DNA from: an uncultured virus (IMG/VR IMGVR_UViG_3300008113_000157)
Lineage: Duplodnaviria > Heunggongvirae > Uroviricota > Caudoviricetes
IMG/VR virus record: IMGVR_UViG_3300008113_000157
Strand: one strand, 5' to 3'
Length of the DNA: 64,000 nucleotides
Numbering within the stretch: position 1 is the first letter of the stretch; the number at the start of each line of letters is the position of its first letter. The translations under genes and the position numbers were made by a program. Positions 8,615-18,498 of the stretch are shown piece after piece. The notes under the pieces were generated by a model that searched no databases, was not told the DNA's origin, and saw only the letters and a list, made by a program, of their open reading frames with translations.

Positions 8615-11455
8615 TTAGTACTTAGGTGTCAGGCCTTTAAAGGCACTGGTAAAACTGCCAAGAAAACCTTGGCCTGACTTTGATTTTGCAGTTACTGTAT
8701 CTTCGGTATCATCGTCGTCATACAAACTGAAATAAGACTTATCTTCTGAAGAAGAGCTTGTTTTCTTTTTAGTTTCTTTAGGTGCTTTCTCATCGGCAGA
8801 CAACGTTTCAATTGCTCCAAGAGCTTCGAATGGATCGCTGTTACTTAATTTACTAAACACACTACCTTCTTTAAACCCTTTACCAGCTTGTGTTAAAAGT
8901 TCCATGTCTTCTCGGTTTACATCCGGCATAAATTCTTTGTAAAAATCATCCTCTGTTCCAGAAAACCCCGCGTTTTTGAACACGTTATAGAGTTCAGTTT
9001 CATTTGGGTTAGTACGCGCCGCAGTGTCTTCAAGACGTTCAATATAGTCTACGCCAAGTTTTTCTTGTGTTACTTTTTCTTTCTTCTCGTTTAGATATTT
9101 AATTGCCTCACGTATCTTTGTTGCTTCTCCCGTTTGGAATGCTTCCTGAATATACTCCTTGACTTCTTCAATTCCCATTTCTTTGCCAGAAAGACCCATG
9201 GACTCAAGTACCTTTTCCCATTCGGCCTTGTTTTTTGTTGGGTCAATTCCCTCTAGCATTTTGTCCGCATACTCTTTAGGCGTAACAAAGTTTAAAAATG
9301 ACGCGCTACCTAAATTTACTTTTTCATTTGCAATAGCCGGAAGAATGCTGTCGTCAATAAATGACTGTGCCGCATCTAATGATAACTTATCACGCGCTGG
9401 GTCAAAACCTTGGTGCATTCCATATACTTGGTAATGTAGCTTTGCAAATTGTGATTTATCATTCACGTTATAACCATATAAGTATGCTAACTGGTTCCAG
9501 GTGGCTGGAGGATTGCTCCCTGGCACGACCTGTTCACCATTCTTTTTTGCTGTTTCCCAATCTTCATTTACTTTTGCTGCTTGTGCAGTATGCTTTTCAA
9601 TACTTACATCTCCTCCTGAAGGATTAAAATAAAATTCAGAATCAAAACCAGAATCTCCAGATGATTTAACGGTGTTTAACCATTGTTGAGCACGAAGATC
9701 TGCCAGGTTTTTCAAAGAACTTAATGCGCTTTGTGTTTGAAAAATGTTTTCTTCTCCTTGTGTTACATCCATGTAGCTCATAAACTCTGACATGGAACGA
9801 GATGCGTTAAACCGTGGGGTTAAATAGCGTTTAACATAGTCGTCTGCAAATTCCTTGTCTGCTACATATTGTTTAGAAGCATCTTGCCAGTCCGAAAAAG
9901 TAGCGCCTTCTTCGTATCGTTTTGTCAAGGTTTCATCAAACCATTTTTGCCAGTTGTAAATTGTATTTGACCTGGAAGGAATTCCAGTAACAGCAGAGAA
10001 TTGTTTCTCTAAACTCTCTTCTGCTTTTTCTTGGTTTTGTCCTCCTAAAGAAAGAATACCGCCTACGCCTGTGTCTCCCAAGAGCGAATTAGAGAGCTCT
10101 TGGTTCATGTTAAAGATTTCACTAAAACCTGGCAAACCACTATAAAAATCAAACTGTTGCTCCTTGGCACGTTGCTTCTTGTATTCTTTTAACGTCTCAT
10201 TAAATGTATCAACGGTTAAAGATCTAAATTTGTCTGCTGCTTCTTGTTCTTTTGGCCCAAGTACTTTACTCAATTTACCTTCGAGTATCGTATCTCCTCG
10301 TGACATTTTGACTTGGGACCGAATATCTTCTGGCAGTTGTGTAATAGAAGGAATTGCTAAATAGCCACTTGCACGATCTGCAGCATCTGCTGGAGACAAC
10401 GAAGAAATCCATTGCCTCAAAACCTCAGGATCCTGTGCAGCTTCCCATTCTTTTAAATTACTGTAAGAGCCAAGGCCCATGACCTGATCGCGATACAGTT
10501 GATACTGCGCATCAGTCATTGGGGTTTCTTTGTATCCTTCAGCTTGTTCAGCTTTGGTAACTGCATTACCCCGTTCAGTTTTACCGTTTACAACTGCATA
10601 GTTGTACTGTAAAAAAGTATCTTGGTCATACCTCCCAACTAATGAAACATCTTCGTATAGCTGTCCGCCAATGTTAATATTGCCATTAAGCGCTTCATTC
10701 CATTTATTAAACGCTTCTTGTCCTTGACCAGTTGTCATGTAATACGCGGGATCAAACGCACCCATTGGCGGTTGATATGCTTTATTACTTGTGGGGTCCC
10801 ATTTGGAAACTTTTCCGTAATAGGCATTAACAAGATTTTGCGTTACGCCAGTGTTGCTTAAGATACTTGCTTCCGTTCCGCCCAGGTTGTTTAAAGCAGT
10901 TGCAATTGATTTGAAATCAGTTCCGTCGCTCTTGTTGTATCTATTGGCAAAATCAGTAAACGTTTTTCTTGCGGCTTCTCCCACGGCATTAGTGTTTACA
11001 GCGATGCTTCCATCGGGATTAATTTTAAATTGAGCGCCCCCTGGTAGAATCCGATATTCTTTATTTCCGCCACGTTTTTCCCAATGGTCGTAGCCAAAAC
11101 CTTCTTGGGCGGTTTCATTGGTAATGGGTTTTCCACTGCCGTCTTGATATACGGGTAGTGTTGTATATCCGCCACGTCCTCCTGAGCCTGGTGCATCTGG
11201 CAAACCATTTGTGTTTATAACTTTTGGCGTTAAACGTCCTTCGTTTTTACCACTGTTTTGATAATGGTTGTACCCCCAATCCCATTTTGAAATTCCAGTT
11301 CTTCTATTCTCTGCTTGCCAGGCTTGGCTTAGATCTGACGCTGCATCAACATACTGAGACCAATGAATATTGCTTCTGTCATTCAACCAACTATTGTAAT
11401 TCTGTGCAATATCAGAATACGAAGAAACGTACTTATCAAAAACGCCCATTAGCAC
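8615..11455 (-). CDS. Large probable virion protein (946 aa)
   Basis: Long ORF in the structural module with FDPAYY/FDSEFY-like motifs. Confidence 0.65.
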   Translation of the reverse strand: MLMGVFDKYVSSYSDIAQNYNSWLNDRSNIHWSQYVDAASDLSQAWQAENRRTGISKWDWGYNHYQNSGKNEGRLTPKVINTNGLPDAPGSGGRGGYTTLPVYQDGSGKPITNETAQEGFGYDHWEKRGGNKEYRILPGGAQFKINPDGSIAVNTNAVGEAARKTFTDFANRYNKSDGTDFKSIATALNNLGGTEASILSNTGVTQNLVNAYYGKVSKWDPTSNKAYQPPMGAFDPAYYMTTGQGQEAFNKWNEALNGNINIGGQLYEDVSLVGRYDQDTFLQYNYAVVNGKTERGNAVTKAEQAEGYKETPMTDAQYQLYRDQVMGLGSYSNLKEWEAAQDPEVLRQWISSLSPADAADRASGYLAIPSITQLPEDIRSQVKMSRGDTILEGKLSKVLGPKEQEAADKFRSLTVDTFNETLKEYKKQRAKEQQFDFYSGLPGFSEIFNMNQELSNSLLGDTGVGGILSLGGQNQEKAEESLEKQFSAVTGIPSRSNTIYNWQKWFDETLTKRYEEGATFSDWQDASKQYVADKEFADDYVKRYLTPRFNASRSMSEFMSYMDVTQGEENIFQTQSALSSLKNLADLRAQQWLNTVKSSGDSGFDSEFYFNPSGGDVSIEKHTAQAAKVNEDWETAKKNGEQVVPGSNPPATWNQLAYLYGYNVNDKSQFAKLHYQVYGMHQGFDPARDKLSLDAAQSFIDDSILPAIANEKVNLGSASFLNFVTPKEYADKMLEGIDPTKNKAEWEKVLESMGLSGKEMGIEEVKEYIQEAFQTGEATKIREAIKYLNEKKEKVTQEKLGVDYIERLEDTAARTNPNETELYNVFKNAGFSGTEDDFYKEFMPDVNREDMELLTQAGKGFKEGSVFSKLSNSDPFEALGAIETLSADEKAPKETKKKTSSSSEDKSYFSLYDDDDTEDTVTAKSKSGQGFLGSFTSAFKGLTPKY

Positions 11456-11787
11456 TCACCAAAAATAAAAACAGATTGCTGTTGGATCCAGGCTTCAATC
11501 CTAGCAAGAGATGAAGAAGAAAAAAAAGATTGTCTCTCGTACCACTTCTTCATATCCTCTGATCCTTTGTTTGCGTTACAACGTCTGCAACAAGGAATCA
11601 AATTATGTCGATTAGAAGAACCCGACTTAAACCTTGGAATAATGTGATCAAGGCTTGACGCCGAGTCACCACAGTATCCGCATTTGTGATCCCAGGCTTC
11701 ATATATACTTTGTCTAAAACGTTTTTTGGCAAGCTTTGGAGTTAGTTCAACTAGCAGGGCGAGGGGCTCGTGCTCGTTGCAAAACAT
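11449..11787 (-). CDS. HNH endonuclease
   Basis: CGYCG...LDHIIPRFKSG....NLIPCCRRCNANK. Confidence 0.92.
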   Translation of the reverse strand: MFCNEHEPLALLVELTPKLAKKRFRQSIYEAWDHKCGYCGDSASSLDHIIPRFKSGSSNRHNLIPCCRRCNANKGSEDMKKWYERQSFFSSSSLARIEAWIQQQSVFIFGEC

Positions 11788-11822
11788 GCTGTCAATGGCC
11801 GTTAACTTATTCTAAGCTCACC

Positions 11823-13367
11823 TCATGGTTGCGAACGATTGCCATACTGATCAATCATTGTGAAATTTTGTACTTCAATCCGATCTGTTGCAAAGTTAAA
11901 TAAACGCTGCAACATCGGATACACAGATAACGATTGGCAGTTGTAAGGAGGTACATCCATTCTTGACAGTGACTCCCTGGCAAGCTTATCCTTTTTAATT
12001 GCGTCTATTTCACTATCTGTCTTTGCCACTAGTTGTCTTTCCCATTCAGCCATGCTTTCTATGTCTGTTGGAAAATCAGATGGCTCAGGAGGAAATACGC
12101 GATCTGCAAACTTAAGCGAATAGATATGTTTGCAATAACGCAGCTCGTCTAAAACAGGTGACCATCTGTCTTCAAGAGTTACTAGCGTAATCTGTGGAAT
12201 GGAACTGCTATCAAGTGTCTCCGTAACAGACGTATAGTCAGCAAAGGTTGGCATGCCTTCTGCAGAAGAGCCTTGAGTACCGAGGTTATCGGTGCTGCGT
12301 GTATAAGTACCGCCAAAGTCTGCATAAAGTCCTGGGCTGTCCCTCGTCGCATCACGACTGATAACACGATCTGTTGTGACTTGATTCGTCAAATCAAACG
12401 AAGGAGGTGCTGTAATTTCTAATGTGAGATTGATGGAAGGATCTACTTGTGCGGGAGTTTTCAAGATACCATCACGTTTGGTAAGTTCAAAACGACCTGG
12501 TTTAACCGTGGCAATATTAGTGCGTGGAAATAACTTCCTTGGATTCTCCGAGGATACATAGAAGTAGTCTCGCCGTGTAAAGTCTTGGCATGTGCAACTG
12601 TATCGCGCACCAGAGTTTAGATAGCGTCCTGGAGTAAATCCAATAGGTGAAGGAGTTACAAAGTTTTCATCTGGTGTTGCTTGTACGGAACCCGACTTTC
12701 GGAACTTAAGAATACCAGTGGTTTCGTTGATGTCTAGTAACACTGCGGATACATAGCCGTACCGTGTTTGCGTATTGGGATTGATCGTATCAACTTCAAT
12801 TAACTCACCACCGGAAGCAACAATACGATCCTCAAACACTTCCGAGATTAAAGGCTTTTGTCCACCAGGGAAAAAGAATGGTGGTGGCAGTGGGTTTGAT
12901 GAGCTCCAGGTGCCTGTCAATTTTACGTACCAATAGTTCTTGTCTTCTGTTACTGATTCAACAGATAAGTTACTGGTGCTTACGGGGTCGGTGTATAAGT
13001 CAGTTCTGATGGCTCCTGCATAGCGCCACAAGCACCAATGCATACCAAGCTCTCGACTCTTCGTTGGGAAGCCAATAAACGCTCCCTGGATAACAATGGG
13101 AGGACTAGGAGCAAATACAACGTCTGGAATATTGTATTCAAACTCGTATGTAAAGTATTGTCCGTTTGAATAGATTTCGTAACCCCTACGCCAACGTGCC
13201 CATGCTGACTCCCTATCAATCGTCCAAATTGAACCAGGGAGTGATCCTTTGGAAAACTCCCCTTGAATTGGTTTTACTTCCTTGGGATTAATCTGATCTT
13301 TTACCTTGCCAAAGTCACCAAAAGAATTTGTTCTTTGTCCGCCGAAAGAGTTGCCTCTCTTTGACAT
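11823..13367 (-). CDS. Hypothetical protein with a split SWIM-like Zn motif
   Basis: YSCTCQDF and, much further on, YCKHI. Confidence 0.6.
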   Translation of the reverse strand: MSKRGNSFGGQRTNSFGDFGKVKDQINPKEVKPIQGEFSKGSLPGSIWTIDRESAWARWRRGYEIYSNGQYFTYEFEYNIPDVVFAPSPPIVIQGAFIGFPTKSRELGMHWCLWRYAGAIRTDLYTDPVSTSNLSVESVTEDKNYWYVKLTGTWSSSNPLPPPFFFPGGQKPLISEVFEDRIVASGGELIEVDTINPNTQTRYGYVSAVLLDINETTGILKFRKSGSVQATPDENFVTPSPIGFTPGRYLNSGARYSCTCQDFTRRDYFYVSSENPRKLFPRTNIATVKPGRFELTKRDGILKTPAQVDPSINLTLEITAPPSFDLTNQVTTDRVISRDATRDSPGLYADFGGTYTRSTDNLGTQGSSAEGMPTFADYTSVTETLDSSSIPQITLVTLEDRWSPVLDELRYCKHIYSLKFADRVFPPEPSDFPTDIESMAEWERQLVAKTDSEIDAIKKDKLARESLSRMDVPPYNCQSLSVYPMLQRLFNFATDRIEVQNFTMIDQYGNRSQP

Positions 13368-13369
13368 GA

Positions 13370-14158
13370 TTAGAAGAAACCGCCTTCAGCGTAGACGTGT
13401 GCACCTGGGATGTATCCAGATGCGTTAGGACCGTCAGGAAACACGCCTACGTACAAACGGTCGCCACGTTCCAGGTAAATACCACGGTTGCGTAACGGAG
13501 CACCAGCAGAGAGCCCTGAGGCGTTACCAGCGGCTGGGTTGGGTGCCGCAAGTTGAGGCATCACATCCGAACAATCAACTTGTTGTGTGTTGGCAGGAAC
13601 ACGCTTGGCAAGTACAACTTTGTAGTCGCCACTCGCTGGGATAGGCTGCGTGGTACCACGGGTCTGATAGACGACAAATGTTACTTCTGGCTGGTACGGA
13701 CCAACGGTACCGCCGTAAGAAAAACCACTTGCGTCAGGCGTCGCAACACCAGAGTACCGAATGGTTCCCATGGTACCGGTAATTGCCGTCGCACCTGTAT
13801 AGGTGTAGTACCCAAGTCCACTCTCTGCTGCTGGAGTGTTAAGTCCAGTGGCCGTAATAAAAACAGTCTGGCCACTTACCAGTCGGATGCGTGTGCCAGT
13901 GGTTGTGGAATCAAGGGTGTAGTCAGGATTGCGATAGTAGTCATTACGAACAATAGTGATGGAGTCGACAACACCACCACTATTATTGTCTTCTTGAAGT
14001 GCAGCATCCATATCGACAAGGATCGAAGGAGCTTGTCCGCCTTGCACAAAGAGTGTGTTAGCGGATGCGCTACCAACGGTCTGAGTCGTGACTCGTACCG
14101 AATCAAAAAGAGGCCTGTCAACTAACAGGGGCTGCTTATTTGTATTTGTCGAAGCCAA
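13370..14158 (-). CDS. Probable virion structural protein
   Basis: 262 aa, beta-rich G/T/V composition, in the structural module. Confidence 0.6.
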   Translation of the reverse strand: MASTNTNKQPLLVDRPLFDSVRVTTQTVGSASANTLFVQGGQAPSILVDMDAALQEDNNSGGVVDSITIVRNDYYRNPDYTLDSTTTGTRIRLVSGQTVFITATGLNTPAAESGLGYYTYTGATAITGTMGTIRYSGVATPDASGFSYGGTVGPYQPEVTFVVYQTRGTTQPIPASGDYKVVLAKRVPANTQQVDCSDVMPQLAAPNPAAGNASGLSAGAPLRNRGIYLERGDRLYVGVFPDGPNASGYIPGAHVYAEGGFF

Positions 14159-14196
14159 GGGTCTACAGCACTAATATCCACCATTATACCTGAGTT

Positions 14197-14874
14197 TCAA
14201 TAACCAGGTGTAGATAATGGATTGGTTATAACACCTAGATTCTTGCTCATGCTACCTAAGAATTCTGCAAATCGTTGACCTGCATTTTTAGGTTGTGGTG
14301 CACTTTGCATAGCTTGCTGCATCAACTTGATACCCATTGCTTCTTCAAGCGTAGGTCCATACACAGGTGCAGAGCCCGCTACTTGTGGTGCTGGCGCTGC
14401 GACAGAAGGTTGTCCGCCAACGTCAAGAGGATCTCCTAACACACGTTGTGCGTTAGCGTATAGATCGCCTCCTTTTCTAAAACGTGGCAATGCCCCACGG
14501 ACAGATGTACCGAAAGAATCCTTTGCTTCTAGAGAAACATTTGGATTGCCGCCAAGGACCGTGGCATATGCACGATCAATACCCATGCCTGGTTTAAAAC
14601 CTCTGTCTTCAAAATACTTCAAAACAGCAGGCATTTGACCAGCCCTTGTTTGAGGACCAGTAATTCCGTATAGTTTTTGTTCGTTTTGTCCAAACTGAAT
14701 TAAACCTTTGTGCCGTCCTCCTGCGCCCCCTACAATGTTAGGATCCATATTCATCCCTGATTCCAGGGATAAAAATGCGCCAAACTCATATGGATCTAAG
14801 CCAAGGCGCTTAGCTCCTTCAAAGATTGCTTGCCTTTCGTTTGTAGGAAGAATTCCAACTCGTGGTGTGGCCAT
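14197..14874 (-). CDS. Lysozyme-like / lytic transglycosylase-domain virion protein
   Basis: LSLESG (catalytic Glu) ... GLIQF ... AYATVLGGNP. Confidence 0.6.
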   Translation of the reverse strand: MATPRVGILPTNERQAIFEGAKRLGLDPYEFGAFLSLESGMNMDPNIVGGAGGRHKGLIQFGQNEQKLYGITGPQTRAGQMPAVLKYFEDRGFKPGMGIDRAYATVLGGNPNVSLEAKDSFGTSVRGALPRFRKGGDLYANAQRVLGDPLDVGGQPSVAAPAPQVAGSAPVYGPTLEEAMGIKLMQQAMQSAPQPKNAGQRFAEFLGSMSKNLGVITNPLSTPGY

Positions 14875-14887
14875 GGCAATTAGGTCC

Positions 14888-15004
14888 TTATTCTCCTACC
14901 CAATTTGAATCTGCTTTGAGTCCAGGAATAAAAACAGTCTGTACAGCGGCAACAAGACTGATCTTCGTGGCTAAACGCTTAACAAAATTAGGACAGAGAA
15001 TCAT
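14888..15004 (-). CDS. Short leader-type ORF (38 aa)
   Basis: Hand translation: MILCPNFVKRLATKISLVAAVQTVFIPGLKADSNWVGE, directly upstream of the transglycosylase-like gene. Confidence 0.4.
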   Translation of the reverse strand: MILCPNFVKRLATKISLVAAVQTVFIPGLKADSNWVGE

Positions 15005-15214
15005 TGGTTTAAAAGCAACAACACTGGCCCCCATAGATCAAAGATCTGTGTCCAGTAGGTTGGGCTTACATGCTGAGCAATGCCAAAAATCAACGTTTGG
15101 TGTATTGGTTTAAAAGCTCTTGGAACTCTTCTGGACTCATGTTTTTAAAACGAGGATCAGCAAAGTTCACAGGCGGTGCACCTTCTCCACCAATAAAGCC
15201 AGGGCTTGAGGGAT

Positions 15215-16054
15215 TCAACATAGCATCTGCCATTGGTACGGCGGGTGTGGGGCCTTGAGTAGCTTGGTTCCAAGCAGGGATGGAAGTTCTTGGATACCAA
15301 TACCGCGTTGAATTGCATCGTAGCCAACAGCGCCTGGTTTTACTTTGGAAGCAAGGCCACCAGGGGCGCCATACTTTGCTGCCCAAATTGCCATGCCTTG
15401 GTCACGTACCTTAGCACGTTCATCAGCAATTGCTTGCTTCTGCATGTCAGGGTTAGCTTTCACCATCGCCTCAACCCTGGCACGCTCCCGTTCGTACTCA
15501 CGGTTTTGTGCAGCGTACGGATCAATAGGTGCGAAAGAACCTGCACCGGAAAAGCCACCCCCTCCACCTTGTGCTGCTCCTGGAGAACGTGGTGCAGTGT
15601 CTTGAATAAAACGACCTTGCGTTCCAGGGGTGTTAAGAGAGTTTAAAGTAGCACTACTTCCAGTTCCATTCAATAATTGCCAACCGTAATCATCGCCACC
15701 CCAATAGACAGGTTTACCGTTTAATACTGCTTGAGTACCAATAGGACGCTGTTGTTGTCCTGGTGGAGATTTAGTCGCCCTTGGAGCACCTCCACCTGAG
15801 CCAATTACATTTTCAATGCTATTTCCAAGTGCCCCAAGACGTGTGATGATGTTATCTTGTGGGTTGATAACTTGTTGAGTTTGCTCAATAATATCAGGAA
15901 TAGCAAATAACGGGCTTATAAATTTGCCAGCTCCCCTAAGCCCTACGGTTGGTTTTATAGGAATTGCTGCTCGAGCATTTAAACGTTGGCGAGCAATACT
16001 ACCGGCATCTTGGCCTTTAGGATTTGCCTGATTAAGAAAATCAAACCAAGCCAT
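15215..16054 (-). CDS. Hypothetical Gly/Ala/Gln-rich virion protein (C-terminus may continue in another frame to 15090)
   Basis: 279 aa ORF; overlapping frame 15090-15386 has similar composition. Confidence 0.6.
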   Translation of the reverse strand: MAWFDFLNQANPKGQDAGSIARQRLNARAAIPIKPTVGLRGAGKFISPLFAIPDIIEQTQQVINPQDNIITRLGALGNSIENVIGSGGGAPRATKSPPGQQQRPIGTQAVLNGKPVYWGGDDYGWQLLNGTGSSATLNSLNTPGTQGRFIQDTAPRSPGAAQGGGGGFSGAGSFAPIDPYAAQNREYERERARVEAMVKANPDMQKQAIADERAKVRDQGMAIWAAKYGAPGGLASKVKPGAVGYDAIQRGIGIQELPSLLGTKLLKAPHPPYQWQMLC

Positions 16055-16056
16055 AA

Positions 16057-16518
16057 TTACCTCCAGACCTCATGTAAATAAATGCGTGAACCAACAGCAG
16101 TGTCGGCAGGACCAGGTAATGCCTGGATAAATTCAGCACCAGAACGTTCGTAACGATAACGAGCCTGGAACGGATCTTTGTAGTTTGGAACGTAAAGAAT
16201 CTGCGCAAGTCGATTGGTTTCGTAGAGATAAATCTCGTCCCAAACCTTCAAAGATTCCCTGGCATTGCTGGAGCGAATCGTACGATCCACATCACCAACG
16301 ATGTTCTCAATGCGAGTAGAAGGCGAAGTAGCAACTTCGGTTTTCTTCTCGGCAGTATCGCAACGACCAAGTTGAATAATAACTTTGTCGTAGAAGTATG
16401 AATCCGGGATGGTGTTCATAGCTTCTTCCAGACGAGCGTAATCGCCCGCTGGTACGGTGACCGTGAAGTAGCCGAGGTGGTATCGGACTCTACTTTTATC
16501 GAAGTCGCTGAGATGCAC
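16057..16518 (-). CDS. Probable head-completion/adaptor protein
   Basis: 153 aa helical protein (DKSRVRYHLGY) downstream of the capsid genes; function inferred from position. Confidence 0.45.
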   Translation of the reverse strand: MHLSDFDKSRVRYHLGYFTVTVPAGDYARLEEAMNTIPDSYFYDKVIIQLGRCDTAEKKTEVATSPSTRIENIVGDVDRTIRSSNARESLKVWDEIYLYETNRLAQILYVPNYKDPFQARYRYERSGAEFIQALPGPADTAVGSRIYLHEVWR

Positions 16519-16541
16519 AGCTTAGTTCCGTATGTTTTTTA

Positions 16542-17276
16542 TTATAAGCTCATTGGATTTTGTAGAACTCCAAGGCCTCCCATTGCTTGCATCATTTGCT
16601 CCATCGTTGCACGATGATCCGTGCGTTGCGGGGGATTAAGTAATTGTTGCATCATTGTTGTTTGCAGTTGATCTTGCATATAACGTTTCAAAAAATCTTG
16701 TCGTGTTTCTGCAGTATTTGCATCAGCAGTAGCACCTGGACTAACAGCTTGACCAGTGGGAACTAAGACTTCTGTTTCTGCTTCAGGGCGATCAACATTG
16801 CCATGGCCAACGCGGAATACAACCTTACCACTAGGATCTAAAGCCTCAGAAAAATATCCATATCCTCCACCACTACCGCGACGAATCTTGCCGCCTGCAA
16901 TGCCAGGTATGTAAATAGATGCGTCTTCTACAGCACCTTTATCAAACCTGCTTTTACCTTTAAAAGGTACATAGAAATCAAAAGAATCAAATCCAGGACT
17001 TTGACTATGAGCGTGCGCCGCTGCTGCTCTTTCTAGTAAATCAATTTTATCTGATAGATCTGCTGCTGTATTCCACCTCCTTCCAGCCACTGCGTTGTTT
17101 GAGAATTCTATTTCGCGCCCATGAGAACCGTATTGGTTTGCCAATGCATCCATTGCTTTGACTTTCTCAATAGCAGGGAGCGACTTTAACGCTTTCCAAT
17201 CAATGTGATAGGGAGAGCTGCCACCAATTTTATTACTAGGTCCTGTATATCCACTGCGATTAACAGAGTATGCCAT
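16542..17276 (-). CDS. Virion protein with possible M23-peptidase-like domain
   Basis: HIDW, FDFYVP, GGYGYF...RVGHG motifs. Confidence 0.4.
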   Translation of the reverse strand: MAYSVNRSGYTGPSNKIGGSSPYHIDWKALKSLPAIEKVKAMDALANQYGSHGREIEFSNNAVAGRRWNTAADLSDKIDLLERAAAAHAHSQSPGFDSFDFYVPFKGKSRFDKGAVEDASIYIPGIAGGKIRRGSGGGYGYFSEALDPSGKVVFRVGHGNVDRPEAETEVLVPTGQAVSPGATADANTAETRQDFLKRYMQDQLQTTMMQQLLNPPQRTDHRATMEQMMQAMGGLGVLQNPMSL

Positions 17277-17302
17277 GTTGTTTTATTTCTTATTTTACGA
17301 GC

Positions 17303-17326
17303 AAAAAACCCCCGGTTTCCCAGGGG
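17303..17326 (-). terminator. Rho-independent terminator after the capsid operon
   Basis: Minus strand reads CCCCTGG-GAAA-CCGGGGG-TTTTTT. Confidence 0.75.
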
Positions 17327-17344
17327 CTAGATAGGAGATAAGTA

Positions 17345-17776
17345 TCAAACTCTGATCAAGTCTGCTGCTAAAACCGCGTCCCAATCAACCCGTTTAATTT
17401 GCTTTAACTGTTCAAGATTGTTAAACCTTTCACCCGATAAGGACATCTGAAGATCTTTAATTTCTCGAGCTGTTTTCAATCCGATACCCTTAATATGATC
17501 AGCGATCATCTGTGGGGTAGCGCCATTGATGTTAAGGCGTGTGTCCGGGGGGAAAGTGCGTGGTTCTTCCTGCGATGCTTTATCTTTCACGCGAAGAGTT
17601 TTTACTTTCTTCGTGGCTTCTTCGTCAGGTGTGAGTTCAGTTTTGTAAGCGGTGTAAAGGCGACCGTCCTGGTCTTTGACCATGAACCAATCGCCTTGAT
17701 CCCATTCGCTTACAATCTCAACACGTGCACCTGTCTTTTTATGCTGATAAAGCATATCTGCAGTTGGTGTAGACAT
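17345..17776 (-). CDS. Helix-hairpin-helix DNA-binding protein (ComEA-like HhH)
   Basis: RLNINGAT..MI...IKGIGLKTAREI......GERFNNLEQLKQIKRV. Confidence 0.75.
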   Translation of the reverse strand: MSTPTADMLYQHKKTGARVEIVSEWDQGDWFMVKDQDGRLYTAYKTELTPDEEATKKVKTLRVKDKASQEEPRTFPPDTRLNINGATPQMIADHIKGIGLKTAREIKDLQMSLSGERFNNLEQLKQIKRVDWDAVLAADLIRV

Positions 17777-17811
17777 AAGACCAGTTGTTCACTGGTCTTA
17801 GTTTAACCTAA

Positions 17812-18471
17812 TCAGCTAACAACGCGACCAGTGAGGTACATGTCGATATCTTCGTAACCAGGGGCGACATCAGGTTGGATGTAGCACACTTCCACAACCA
17901 GGTAACCAGCGCGGCTGGCGGCACTGTCAGCAGCAGAAATGTAGAAACCACCAGAAGTCGTGGTGCTATTAGCGGTTTCCTTAGCGAACACTTTGAAAGT
18001 GGTCGAGCTATTCAGCGAGTAGTAAGCGTTACCAGGAAGAGGACCAAGTACGCCAGAGCTCAGAATGAAAGGATTGGTGCCGTAACCAGCAGTACCACCA
18101 GCAAAGTAAATCTCGCCAGCTTGGGTACCAGATACGGTAGAGGTGAGGTTGGCTTGTGCCACACCTTCACCAACGCCAGAAGCAGCAGTGGGGCTACCAC
18201 CATTGCTACGACCAAAGGAGATCACCGAAGGAACGATCACATCAGCGTTAGTGGTGACGGCAAGAGAGCCGGTGCCACCAGAAATGCCTACAACGGGCAC
18301 ATAACCACGCTGCTGGAAGTAACGGTAACCAGGGGTAGCCAGCACCGAAGTGGGGCCTGCGTTGGAACCAGTATCAGTACCAGCGGCATTAGGGTCGATA
18401 TTGCGATACCAACCGTTGAGAGCATTATTCCAGTTACCTGGATAAATCTTTTTAGCCGTTAAATAAGTCAT
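17812..18471 (-). CDS. Probable capsid decoration / minor structural protein
   Basis: 219 aa G/S/T-rich ORF immediately after the major capsid gene. Confidence 0.5.
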   Translation of the reverse strand: MTYLTAKKIYPGNWNNALNGWYRNIDPNAAGTDTGSNAGPTSVLATPGYRYFQQRGYVPVVGISGGTGSLAVTTNADVIVPSVISFGRSNGGSPTAASGVGEGVAQANLTSTVSGTQAGEIYFAGGTAGYGTNPFILSSGVLGPLPGNAYYSLNSSTTFKVFAKETANSTTTSGGFYISAADSAASRAGYLVVEVCYIQPDVAPGYEDIDMYLTGRVVS

Positions 18472-18498
18472 TTATCTTTCCAGATATGTTTGTTGTTA

